In this document: positions 41,331 to 55,600 of the stretch, in pieces
Layout: each line of letters starts with the position of its first letter
Numbering within the stretch: position 1 is the first letter of the stretch
DNA from: Octopus vulgaris
Lineage: Eukaryota
Direction of reading: 5' to 3'
Assembly (NCBI GenBank): GCA_951406725.2
Contig: OX597819.1
Location: 99,696,001-99,760,000 of the forward strand
DNA: 64,000 nt
Translations under genes and position numbers: made by a program
The notes under the pieces: model-generated
The model's database searches: none
What the model was told of the DNA's origin: nothing
What the model saw: the letters and a program-made list of their open reading frames with translations, nothing else

Positions 41331-44300
41331 GCATGCTTGTATCATACGTATGTGTAATTGCTTGTTTCTATGTATGTATTACCGAATATATTTTACTTAC
41401 AAAAGCTTAGCTCCAACTTCTTTTGTCCCAGCGATGTCGCAATGTTGGATAGGAATATTTCTTCCTGTAACTTGACAGAGTTTCTCGTGTATCTGATACT
41501 GCAACACAGTGCTGAAGAAATATCTAGAAAGAAAACATATAGCTATTGAATGTTGGTTGCCTTATTTATCTATGCTATTTTTACGCGCGCACACACACAC
41601 ACACATACACACGCACACACATGTATGTATATACGTATTTGAACACTCGTCTCCACCGTGAACAAAAATTTATCTTCTCCCTTCGTTCCTTTGCGCTTTT
41701 TCGCCCCAACTTGCTATTTCTCTTCATCTGACACCACTCCACACAGATTCTCACACACCTTCCACATTCCCCTGCCTCTCCCCTCCATCTACAGACCTGC
41801 ATACCTATTTCTTTATTACCCACAAGGGGCTAAACATAGAGGGACAAACAAGGACAGGCATAGGTATTAAGTCGATTACATCGACCCCAGTGCGTAACTG
41901 GTACTTAATTTATCGTCCCCGAAAGGATGAAAGGCAAAGTCGACCTCGGTAGAATTTGAACTCAGAACGTAGCGGCAGACGAATACGGTTACGCATTTCG
42001 CCCGGCGCGCTAACGTTTCTGCCAGCTCGCCGCCTTCTACAAACCTGCATACCGTCTACCTCAGACTATCATCACATACACACCACTATACAAACACCCA
42101 TACAATCTGTTCAAGTCATTACTCACTTCGCACACCATTACACACACACACACACAAACACTTTCCCATCCACACACACTAGCACCCAACACTTCCCATC
42201 GCCCACATCACACATCATTATCGAAACATCCACATACGCACACACACTATTCAAAAGCGTCGACACACATGCCATTGTATGAGCAGCCCTACACCCTGTT
42301 CAACTCAGTCACATACCACACACTATCATGCACATTCCCACACCCACACAAGCACACAATGCTTGAAGACAGACAATACACACACACACACATACACACA
42401 CACACATATACACACGCACACGCACAGACACACACGCAACACGCACAGACATACACGCAACACGCACAGACATACACGCAACACGCACAGACATACACGC
42501 AACACGCACAGACACACACGCAACACGCACAGACAAACACGCAACACGCACAGACACACACACACACACGCAACACGCACATACACACACACACACATGC
42601 AACACGCCCAGACACAGGCAACACGCATAGATACATATAACTTTCGCCCACAAGCATACACTATACACACACACACTATATGTTCACAGAATCACACTCA
42701 CATACACACGTGCACACACCACCTGAACATACACACGTCAACTGCTAAAAACAAGCGTTTGCATACGCACGCGCTCACGCAACGCGCGCGCATACGCACA
42801 CACACTTGTTAGCACATTAACACACTTCCACCCTCATACTTACACATATACACATGACCATAAGCGCGCACACACTCAGAAATACAAATACGCAAGACGA
42901 ACATCACTCCACACAACTTGTACAATAGGTTACTTGTACACATACACACCCCCAGGCCAATTCGTTTGTACATACACATGATGACCGCACACATACATAC
43001 AGTTTCAAATGCTCACATGCATACATACCAGTACATGTAACGCATATCACTCCACATGATGTACTCACTGGGTCACTTACACACATACTCATACACACTG
43101 AGATCCACATATTTTTCAGCTCGTTCACACATACATAGTCACAGACTCATCCCCATTCATAGATACAATCCACAGACATACATTCACTATTTTCACATAA
43201 GCAAGCGCGCACGAGAGCGAATTTGTTCAACCAGGTCACTGTTATTATCTCCCTTTCATTCAGTCTCTTTCTTCTGGCTATTTCGTCGTGTGAACCGTTA
43301 ACCCCTACACATATTTTTTCTCTCTCCGTTTTATTTTCTTCTTTTCAATCTCTCATTTTTTTCACCTCAATTTTTTTTGTCGAAGAGCGTTGGCTCGAAA
43401 AGTAAAGAAGACTATCACAACTGCTTGTTGTTCCTACACCTGTCTTTGAATTTTGCGTTCTGTAAATCTGAATTATATATATATCCGCATCACCAAACTT
43501 GTATAACACTATCAAAACAAAATTTGCCAATCATGAAACAAAGTGAAAAGTCAATAAACAGAATATCTAAACAAAGACCGCAAGCAAAAGGCAACCACAC
43601 CTAAAGAAACTATTACCAGAAGCAATATACACCATAAAACATTCACAGCATCCAAGTGTAATGATAATATATGTGGAACGTGTCAATGCATGCAAACTGA
43701 TAGATCCATTAGAACAAGAAATGGACTCATTTTCACAAACGTAGATATGAACTGCAGAAGCAGAAATTTCATCTACTGCTTTAAATGCCCTGATGGTTAC
43801 CCCTTTTATATTAATAACACCAATGACGACGACAACATCTCCCTATTTTTCTTATTGTTACCTGATGTATGGTATATCAGCTAAAACATGATATTTTGAT
43901 CCGGGATCAAAGTCTGATTCTGTACGTTGCAATGGGGGATGGATGCCTTGGTAGTCATATCTGAAACACAATTACAAATATATGTCTGAAATATATATAT
44001 GGTAGTCACAACAGTATGGAGTAAGTCCTTTGAAACAAACATATTCAGGACAGTATACAGGACAATATACATCAAATATAAATGAACAACACGTCCCTCA
44101 AGAGTGCTCTTAGTTTTATTAATAACATAGATAGACAAACACTAATACGTAAGAAAACTTGGACATGCACATTTAAGTATTGATAGACAGAAATATGACC
44201 ACTTGCAAATATCATGATAGTCAATTACAATGGATGTAGTCCTCACATACAGTAATAAACCTTAAGTAAAATCCCATTACATTTAGTGCATAAAGCCACA

Positions 44301-45783
44301 TGCAGTCTTTCAGAAATACATACAAGCGCAATGATATAGCAACAAATATTAATGAGAAGAGAAATAAGGTTATCAAGAAGAATGTATAAAACTACGTTAC
44401 AATTATTTATTGAGATCAATAGCTAAGTTCATATATATATAAAAATATTATACCAAAATTAAATATTTAAAAAATGCACTGAATGAAGAAGGCAGATTTC
44501 ATTGATTGATATACAGAACAAAGTTTAGCTTAGCATAGCTCTTGCAGCTTACATTGGAGTATCAGATAACGAGGAATCTCCATCCAACATAGACAGAAAC
44601 CCTCATATGAACGTACTCATATTCAAGGTCCATATCAGCTAGGTCATCCTCCACCATTTTCAACCAGATGTTGACAGGTACATGGCATCCCTTGCGTCAA
44701 TTTCCAGTCGATTGTTTGCATAGTGTGCACATGGCTTAGGCTCGTACAGGTCTCTTTGTGGTAATGCATATCACGCGACTAAGTATTTCCATCTTCTTGT
44801 AAACGTGTAAACCAAAAATCAATTTCTGAAGACTTTAAATTTCCTCCACAATAATCGCACCATTATTATGTGTTCTGCAGTTTCAAAATGTAGCAAACAT
44901 AGCAGACTCAAAAATAAGTTACCAGCTGGATTCTCTATCTACGTAAGCTATGTAAAATATATGAATTTACACAGATAATACACAATATGTTCTTACCTCA
45001 TTTTCCACCATGCTTGAGTATAATTAGTAGAACTGATATCTCCTTGATATACGCGCCATCTCCATTTCTCAAGAAGATAAGCAAATATCATTGTAGGAAT
45101 CTTGTCCAGAGCCTCACGCATTAATAGGTTGATATTTCTTTCTTAAAATATCAAAACAGTATTAGAATTATTCAAAATGTATTAAATATTAACGACAGAA
45201 CTTGGTTATGTGTGTGCATGTATGTGTGTGCGAGCGTGCACGTGTGTTTGTATGTTTGTATGTATATGCATATATACGTGTATGTATGTGTGTGTATGTT
45301 GGAATGCTGGTCAACCCACAAGGCCAGTGGGGTATTCAAAACTTACAACAATGAGTGGGGGCACACTGTGACTAGCGGTGTATTGCGCCACCACCGCTCA
45401 TGTCTCTTTGAGACATTTAGAAATTTAATATTTCTAATTACGGTGACCAGTGAATAGATTTCACGGTAAATATATATATCTGCGAAGGCTAGACAGGCAT
45501 CTCGACCAGCAGGTCTCACTATCCTGGGCTGATGACGGGTTAAGACCCAGAAACATGCATGTCCTCAGGTGTGAATCCTAGCTGGTGGGGGTGCTTGCCT
45601 TCCCTTCGCAAATATAAGGACACAGGAAATGTGTCAAAGCCGACAGGAAGCGTCGATGCTTACTAGGGCTAAACAGCGGTGGTGTAAATCCCTTACGGGA
45701 CTGTCACGTTATGTTGACAGTATACAACCACTCTATCGCTCCACCACCGCTCATGTCTCTTTGAGACATTTAGAAATTTAATA

Positions 45784-45840
<57 letters not shown>

Positions 45841-46604
45841 CACACACACATGCATGTCTGTGTACGTACGTGAATATGTGTAATATATACAGACGCATTT
45901 AGCTTGATACATATGTACAGAATTGATGATCACTGGTCCAACATGAAGATTCCATACTATTTTCATTTGACCACACCCCATCGTTTTAGATAGAGAATAC
46001 ATATAGTAAAAGAACACTTACAGATATTTCTAAAAAGACGGGAGGGTCACATTTGAAATATATTTTGTCACATATCTGTTAAATCTGGCATTAATGTAGA
46101 CTAAGGAACAACAACAACACCAGCAACGGAAACAACAACTACAACAATAGCAACAGTAACAACCATAATGTTATAAAGTGTATCGACGATGCTATCTTGT
46201 ATCTATTTCCAATAGCGAAATGATAACTTCTCTGGAGTTTAAGATGTTGATGCTACCAAAATATACAGATTGGAGGCGATAGCCTATGCGCTAGTATTCA
46301 AATACGACACCCGCCTGTCATACATTATATAGGCAAAACTACAGATAAAGAATGAATGATTTATATATCATAAATATGTAATATTTGATAGTTATATGTA
46401 TGTACGCACGTACTTATGTATGCATATATGTAAAGTGTGAGTATGTATGTCTGTACGTACGTATATATAAATATACATGCATGTAGATATGCATACATAT
46501 GTATTATATATGTGTGTATGTGTATGTAAATACATGCATATACCCTGTTCACACTATCTTTCAATACACACACACACATGCATACTTACATAATATATAC
46601 ATAC

Positions 46605-46652
<48 letters not shown>

Positions 46653-46801
46653 GTGTATATGTATGTATATGTATATATATATGTATATATATGTATATGT
46701 ATATGTATGTATATGTATATGTATATATATGTATATGTATATATGTATATATATGTGTATATATATACATATATATATGTGTGTATATATATGCATATAT
46801 A

Positions 46802-46859
<58 letters not shown>

Positions 46860-47685
46860 GTAAATTATATATTCAACTTAACATTGATTGTTAGAGATTG
46901 AATATTGCGTTATTTATCTTGAAAGCCCTCTCATACTGCTGCATGGTGCATAAAAGCACAAATGTTTATATCGCTGACAGACGATAATCGTCTGTTAAGG
47001 TCGCCAGAATTGCCAGAACACACTTTCAACGTGCCTATCTTAGTGGCATACAGCCAAATCTCACAGCCGGCGATATATAAAATTTCAGTCACCTGTTGCT
47101 AACCATTATTTTTCGTTAAGTCTGCTGGCATTAGTGCTGGCATTATTTTCGGCATTAGTGCTGAATGGGCACTGAAAGTTTTCTAAACGTTATACTTGTT
47201 TGTCTGATGTATTCTTCTCAGCAAGATTTAGATGTTACAATGTTGAACAAGCAGTCCAAATCGCAAGAGAAACTTATACATCTGAGGCGCATCACAGAAA
47301 TGGCTGCAATATCCTCAGCGACAACTTACTGAAAGATAATGGTGCACACCGGACGAAGAATGTTATATAAGGCGATAATTTCTTGAACACCCACCCCCCA
47401 TTTCCAAATCTATTACAGTATAGCAGCAGAGAAAGAAATTTAGAAGGTAATAGGCCAACAGGAATGTATATTAAAGCGAAAGGAAAAAAGAGATTAAGTT
47501 GCTTGTATCGAATATTCGGATTAATAGACTATGGGACATGAGAACATTAAGCTAAAGTGGACTTCATCATGTGCTCTTGGCGAATTCGAATAAATAAGAA
47601 GACAAAGCACTTGGCAGACGTGACCGATTATACTCTTTTAAAGCATTTCCGAGAGCAGAAAATGCATCCACACACACAGACACAG

Positions 47686-47717
<32 letters not shown>

Positions 47718-49553
47718 GTACACGCACGTACTCATATACACACATGTCTGTTTCAGTGTTATGTGTGTAGGTGTCTAGAGATGAAATGATCATTTACCGT
47801 AGTTGTGCTTGTCATTTCCACCTTGAGATAAACGGTATATGTGACGTAGATGCGTTGAAGAAAACATAGCAAGAGTGTCTCCGACGGCTTCATCAACAGC
47901 AGGGTTAGCTGGATTTCTGTAGATATCTGGTTGGTTCCTGTAGGCCATATAGTACTCTAAGTGACCCATTTCGTGGTGAGCAACATTCCAGTCATATGTG
48001 GTGGCCGTATCACTCGTACACATTTTGACTCTGGCAAGAAAAAGAAAATGAAAAATTTATGAAAATGTATATTTTATATGGAATTCGATTAATTGAATTG
48101 AGTACAAGATTATTCCTAAATTATGAACTAAACCTGATAAACTGTTACACATTTAGAGAGGTGAATGCAAGAAACAGGATCGAAGCGATCAATAATTTAA
48201 GCATACGGATCGTACTTACAGTTTCAATATTATTAACTGGTCAGTTACTGAATTATGTTATCTTGACAGAAAAAAACCGAAAATTGTTGACAATGCATAG
48301 AATGCACCATCCTAAGGTAGATATAGAACGACTTTACCTGCCAAGAAAAGCGAGTAGCCGTGGACTTTTATAATTGGAATTAATAATAAAAATTGCAACA
48401 ATAGTCCTAAACACCTACCTGAAAAACTGATGACTGGATATTAGAACTTGCCTTAAAGTACGAAATCAAGAAAACATCACACTCAGTTACAAAACAGGCA
48501 AAGAAATATCTAAATGAATTACACATACAACAAATCACAGAAAAAGCTAAGCGTATGAAAACCAGCGCTCAAACTACTGGTTTTGATATTCCTTCTGAGA
48601 AATGGCAAGTAAAACCTCTCAATGGTAAAAACCCAAAGTGAGTTAATAATGCCGATGTTGACAAAACCCTTAGCCATCAATGCCAAGTGACTTCTGGCAT
48701 AAAATCAGAGACAGAAGGGTTTATCATAGCAGCTCAAGATCAATGCCTACTTACAAGGGGCTACCAGGCCAACATATTATAGAACGGCAGTAGCCCAACA
48801 TGTGGTGTATGTAAACAACAATATGTGACCACCGATCAAGTTGTCTCCATGTATAGTCTTCTTGCGCCTACAGAGTATATTAACAGTCATGATAGAGCAA
48901 AACAGTATATTCATTGGGTAATTTGCAAAAATTTCGACCTGCCCCATGACAACTGGTGGAAACACAAAGCATCTCCAATACTTGAAAATAACCACATCTC
49001 ACTCTTCTGGAACTTCACAGTTCAAACTGACAGAAAGACAGATGGGAATAGACCAGACATCATAGTGAAGGACTTGAGACAAAAATCATCTCTCCTCATT
49101 GATATCACTGTCCCAATCAACATAAATGTACCTGCCAAGACTGCCAAAAACTGAGCAAGTATAAAGATTTTGAAACAGAAATAGACAAAATGTGGAGCCT
49201 CAAGACTAAAACAATACCTGTTTTCATAGGTAGCCAAGGAACGATAGCAAAAGCAGTTGATTGCTACCTAACCCAGATACCAGGAAGTCCAAAACCGGCA
49301 GAAATTTTTAAAAAGTGTTCATGGGAACTGTCCATATCCTATGTAAAATACTGTCTATGTAATCTCAAATTTTAAGACAAATTTATAATTTTCTTATGAT
49401 TTCGTATAAATTCTCTAAAACAATACATTGTGCAAAACCAAATAAATGGCACCCTAGGCATAATACCAAATTAAACTTCTAAATTCCTGTTTTTTGAGGT
49501 CTCTGGGTGAGACCTGGAATCAACTTGTACAAATATGAAGTAAAAGTCAAGCA

Positions 49554-49622
<69 letters not shown>

Positions 49623-52600
49623 CAAGTTGGGTACGTATTCAAAAGCCGCCAATAAAAAGTCAATCATTTGCTATTCATGGATGACCTCAAACTTTATAGT
49701 AAAGATGAAGCCCAAGTCAGTTCCATCGTTGATACAGTGTATATCTTCAGTGCTGATATCAGAATGGAGTTCGGATGAGAAAGTGTGGTGTGTTAGTCTT
49801 GAAGAGAGCCAAAATCAAATGTATGGATGGGCTAACAATACCGTCGGGAGAGGTTATGAAGCAGATAGAAGAGACGGGCTATAAGTACTTGGGGATTTTG
49901 GAAATGGATAAATTGATGCAGAGAGAAATGACAGAAAATTTTAAAGTGGAGTACCTGCGCAGGCTGAGATTGATCCTTAAGTCGAAATTAAAGGGACGGA
50001 ATAAGATTGAAGCTATCAACACCTGGGCGGTTTTACTCCTTAGATATGAATCAGGAGTAATTGCATGGACAGTAGACGAACTAAACAGTTTAGACAGAAA
50101 GACAAGGAAGTTACCAATTAGATATGGGACACTCCATCCAAAAAGTGATGCAGACAGACTGTATGTACCAAGAAAAAGAGGGGGAAGAGGACTTATTGGA
50201 TATCTAATCTCATAATTAGAGTCTTTTATTTTTATTTTTACATTTTCACTCACATCTCCATACTCCTGAAAACATGGACATATTAAATTTGATTATAACC
50301 TTTCATCAGCACAAAATTCGAGTATTGAATTCTTTAAGTTATAAAAATATACGTACAAAGATTTATGTATAGAGGTGTCATTAGGGAGTTTTGCAGTCTC
50401 ATAGTTCTGGTTTTGATACTCTTGTGCTACTTAATTCCGATTCCTCGACTTTGTGAGAAATATGTAAATTCGTGACATCATGTTTCAAGAAATTCCTATT
50501 CGTAGGACAAAATTTCCTTTTTTTCCTTTTTTACTGCGTGTCTGTCTATATATAAAAATATGCCACATGAAAGCTTAGATGGTATCAGCTGTTCTGAATC
50601 GTCATCAATCAGTCATATGATAATATCACTACATCATTCGGGAAATGATCATTAGATTTAACGACACGACAAACAGTTTGGTACACAGCATTATCATGTC
50701 TTCCAGTCAACAGCTGTCTTCCGTTAGTTAATGGTAATTCATTTTTGCTTTATGACTCCCACGTAATTCATGATCAGTCGTACATTTTATATTCTTCAAA
50801 CGTTCGCTATTATTGGTAAGGCCAAACAAAACGATTATTGGTAAGACTCCAATTTGTAAACATGTCAACTCTACGTCAGCACTGGGAAATGAACTGGAGA
50901 CGATGACTGAGGATGTTAGCGATAACAATGACGATTAGGACGGCATACACGGGGGCAGCTGCGACGACGACGACGGTGACAACTGCGATGACAGACCCCA
51001 CAAAGATACTGGCGATGAGGGTGACTGCAGCTGCGATAATGGCAGGAACGAGAATATCCAAGTGTCATAGTCTGAACAAATTGTCCACAAATAATTTCCA
51101 ATGGAGATCATTTGACATTAACCAGTGGGAGAGACCCCCTTCAGTCATGAATGACCATGGGATTGCATCCACAAAGTTACCCTCCCAGGCACAAGTCCGG
51201 GCATGGTTGTTTATGGAAGGCCAGCAGTCGCCCATGCATACCAGCCTCCCCTCTGCACACCACTGATGTTATCCAAAGGCCGATACAGCTTGGCACCAGT
51301 GATGTCGTAACTCATTTCTACAGATGAGTTAAATGGAGCAACGTGAAATAAGGTGTCTTACTCAAGAACACAACACGCAGCCCGGTCCGGGAAACGAACT
51401 CACAACCTCACGATCGTAAGCTCGACGCTCTAACCACTGAGTCATGTACCTTCACATTAACTAGTAAAGTGCTCCATATTTAATTCTTGCAGTTTACATC
51501 TATCAGCATTCACCTGTCTTTGCGTAGTCGAAGCCATTTAGAGGAAGGTATCCATTCCATCTTCATAGACAGTTGATAAAAATCATGTCGCTAAGTATGA
51601 ACAGTATTGAGAAGAGCAACGCATTTATTATAACGACACTCACCAATAGACAGAATCAAATAGGAAAGATTTAGTTTAACACAATGTTGTTGCTAGTTTT
51701 TAGAAAAATAGTGGCTAAATTTTCCTCAAATTATATTGTTCAGTCTTATAATATAGAACACTGTACCTCGATGTAGTGGTTGGGAAAAAAAGATAATAAA
51801 GTGAATGGTTACGGCTGGAAGGCTATTTATTATAGGCAGCATTCATTACAGCTGATATATGATTAATGATACTAAGGCAGCGATCTGGTGGAATTGTTAA
51901 CACGTTGGAAAAAAAAAAAAAAATACTTAGTGACATTTCATCCGTCTTTAAGTTCTGAGTTCAAATTTTGCCGAGGTCGAGTTTGTTTTCCATCCTTTCA
52001 GAGTCAATAAAATAAGCACCATTTAAGCATTGTAGCCGATGTAATCGTCTAGTCCCCTTCCCAAACTTGCTGGTCATGTGCCAAAATTTGAAACCGATGT
52101 TAAATAATCGAGCTGGTAGAATCGTTAGCACGCCGGGCAAAATGCTTAGCGGCATTTCATCCGTCATTACATTCTGAATTCAAATTCTACCGAGGTCGAC
52201 TTTGCTTTTCCCCCTTTCGGGGTCGATGAAATGAGTACCAGTTGAGAAATGAGATCAATGTAATGGTCTTATCCCCTATCTCGAAACTTCTGGCCTTGTG
52301 CCAAAACTGGAAATCAATATTTAATTAATGATATTCCTTGTAAAGACATCATGGAGTATTTGCCAGAGTTTTAGTCATATAGCATTCAAATATAAAAGTG
52401 AGATAAACAATAGAAAAACTGAAAAGCCATGTTCACAATACAGTAAATAATGCAGAACATGTCATTAACAGCTTGAGAGCGGCCGAAGACTGAATGTGTG
52501 CGTGGTTTTTATTCTCACACACTAAAATTTTGAAAGCGGGATAGGCAAAGGCGACGACGAGGACGACGGTGATGACGACGGCGATGATGATGATGATGAT

Positions 52601-55600
52601 GATGATGATGATACGGAGGAGGTGGATAGCAGTTAAGGTGATGCTGCTGCTAGCATTGTCGTTTGCAAAAACGATGACGGTGTTGTTAGTACAGAGAGTA
52701 TGAATTGATAGCGGTAGCTGTCGTGGTAATGATGACGACGAGGAGAAACATAATGTTGTTGGTGGTGGTAGTAGTGGTGGTGCCACTATCATTAGAACCT
52801 CTCACACCACAAACATTATTCCTACCACTACCACCACAATTATCATCCCCTCCATAACTATCATTATTGATACTATCCACAAAGGCGGTGAGCTGGCAGA
52901 AACGTTAGCACGCCGCACGAAATGCTTTATGGTATTTCGTCCGCCGTTGCGTTCTGAGTTCAAATTCCGCCGAGGTCGACTTTGCCTTTCATCCTTTCGG
53001 GGTCGATAAATTAAGCACCATTTACACACTGGGGTCGATGTAATCGACTTAATCCGTTTCTCTGCCCTTGTTTGTCCCCTCTCTGTTTAGCCACTTGTGG
53101 ATAGTAAAGAAATAGGTATTTCGTCTGCCGCTATTTTCTGTGTTCAAATTTCGCCGAGGTCGACTTTGCCTTTCATCCTTGCGGGGTCGATTAAATAAGT
53201 ACCAGTTATGCAATGGGGTCGATATAATCGACTTAATCCGTTTGTTTGTCCTCTCTGTGTTTAGCCCCTTCAGGGTAGTAAAGAAATAGAAATAGGTATT
53301 TCGTCTGCTGTTACGTTCTGAGTTCAAATTCCGCCGAGGTCGACTTTGCCTTTCATCCTTTCGGGGTCGATAAATTAAGCACCATTTACACACTGGGGTC
53401 GATGTAATCGACTTAATCCGTTTCTCTGCCCTTGTTTGTCCCCTCTCTGTTTAGCCACTTGTGGATAGTAAAGAAATAGGTATTTCGTCTGCCGCTATTT
53501 TCTGTGTTCAAATTTCGCCGAGGTCGACTTTGCCTTTCATCCTTGCGGGGTCGATTAAATAAGTACCAGTTATGCAATGGGGTTGATATAATCGACTTAA
53601 TCCGTTTGTTTGTCCTCTCTGTGTTTAGCCCCTTCAGGGTAGTAAAGAAATAGAAATAGGTATTTCGTCTGCTGTTACGTTCTGAGTTCAAATTCTGCCG
53701 AGGTCGACTTTGCCTTTCATCCTTTCGGAGTCGATTAAATAAGTACCAGTTATGCAATGGGATCGATGTAATCGACTTAATCCGTTTGTCTGTAATTGTT
53801 TGTGCCCTCTGTGTTTAGCCCCTTGTGGGTAGTAAAGAAATAAGAATAAGAGTCATGCTTTAAAAAAATAATAATATATACTGGGATCGATTTATTTGAC
53901 TAAAAATTCTTCACAGTCGTGCCCCCAGCATGGCTGCAGTCTAGTCACTGAAACAAGTAAAAGATAAACGATGAAAAATTACCTGAAGTCCCTCTTCCTG
54001 TGAAAGTCAAACGCTTTAGGATGACAGTCCATCTCAGTTTCTTGATTTTTGAAAACAGAATTCCTCCAGAACTTTGGCATCATAGGATTAAGACCGATCG
54101 ACTCATAGAACTGCTCGGCTTTTTGTTGAAGCTCTGTTGGTGTCAGGGATTGGTTATTGATTAATGTATCAAAATCCTCTTTCGTATTAGACGGGAATGG
54201 TCGAACGATCGGGAAAATATTACCCCATGCTTGAGCCCACATATCACCTGAAATTGCAAATATTATGCTTTTATATATACTTTTTATTTTTATCTTATAT
54301 ACTTTTATAAATACATTTATCCATATATTCACAATAAAGTGTATATCTACTTGAATGTAGAATTAAAAAATGACATTCTAACAGTTACGAAGACGAGGAT
54401 TCCAGTTGATCCGATCAACGGAACATCATCTTCGTGAAAATATTGCGTATGTGGTTGAGCACTCCACAGACACACGTATCCTTAACGTAGTTCCCATGGA
54501 GATTCAGCATGACACAGGATGTGACATGGTCGGCCCTTTGAAATACAGATACAATTCATTTTTGCCAGCTGAGTGGACTGGAGCAACGTGAAATAAATAG
54601 TCTTGCTCAAGGACACAATGCGCCGCCGGGAATCGATCTCACGACCTTACGACCGTAAGCCGCTTACCTTAAGCCACGCGCCTTCACTATGTAGAAGATT
54701 ACATCAGTATTACTAGAATACAATATGCAGAATATTCATTTCTACTCAAGGCCCAAGGCCCGAAATTTTGGAGAGGGGACCAGTCGATTAGATCGACTCT
54801 AGTACTTAATTTATCGACCCCAAAAGGATGAAAGACAAAGTCGACTTCGGCGGAATTTGAACTCAGAACGTAAAGACGTAAATACTGCTAAGCATTTCGC
54901 CCGGCGTGATAATGATTCTGCCAGCTCACCGCCCTCACAATATGCAGAATATTCTTTTCTACTCTCGGCCCAAGGCCCTAAATTTGGGGGTAGGGAACCA
55001 GACGATTAGATCAACTCCAGTACGCAATTGGTACTTAATTTATGGACGCCGAATGGAAAGTGGACCTCGGCGGAATTTGAACTCAGAACATAAAAAACTG
55101 ACGAAATACCTATTTCTTTACTACTCACAAGGGGCTAAACACAGAGAGGACAAACAAGGACAGACAAACGGATTAAACGGATTATATTGACCCTAGTGTG
55201 TAACTGGTACTTATTTATCGACCCCGAAAGGATGAAAGGCAAAGTCGACCTCAGCGGAATTTGAACTCAGAACTTAACGGCAGAAAAAATACCGCTAGGC
55301 ATTTCGCTCGGCGTGCTAACGTTTCTGCCAGCTCGCCGCCTTCGCAATATGCAGAATATTTCAATAAAATTTTACAAAAGCAAATGTAACACACAAATGT
55401 GTTATTGGCTGAAACTATTATCGGGTGTTTTAGGAGGAAACACTAATAATTGTTTGTAAATTATTTCTGAAACATCAATTAATCAATTTACATAATTAAC
55501 CTAAATGGATTTTAAGACGATGTCAATCGCTCTAATGGAATGGATGGACTGAGTATGTTCACTGAAACACCTTCATTATAGGGATTATTATCTCATACTC

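Noticed and set aside
50876-52880. Hydrophobic or Thr-rich ORFs that look like TM proteins
   Set aside because: Derived from degenerate GAC/GAT/GGT trinucleotide tracts inside an ACE intron, with no splice support.
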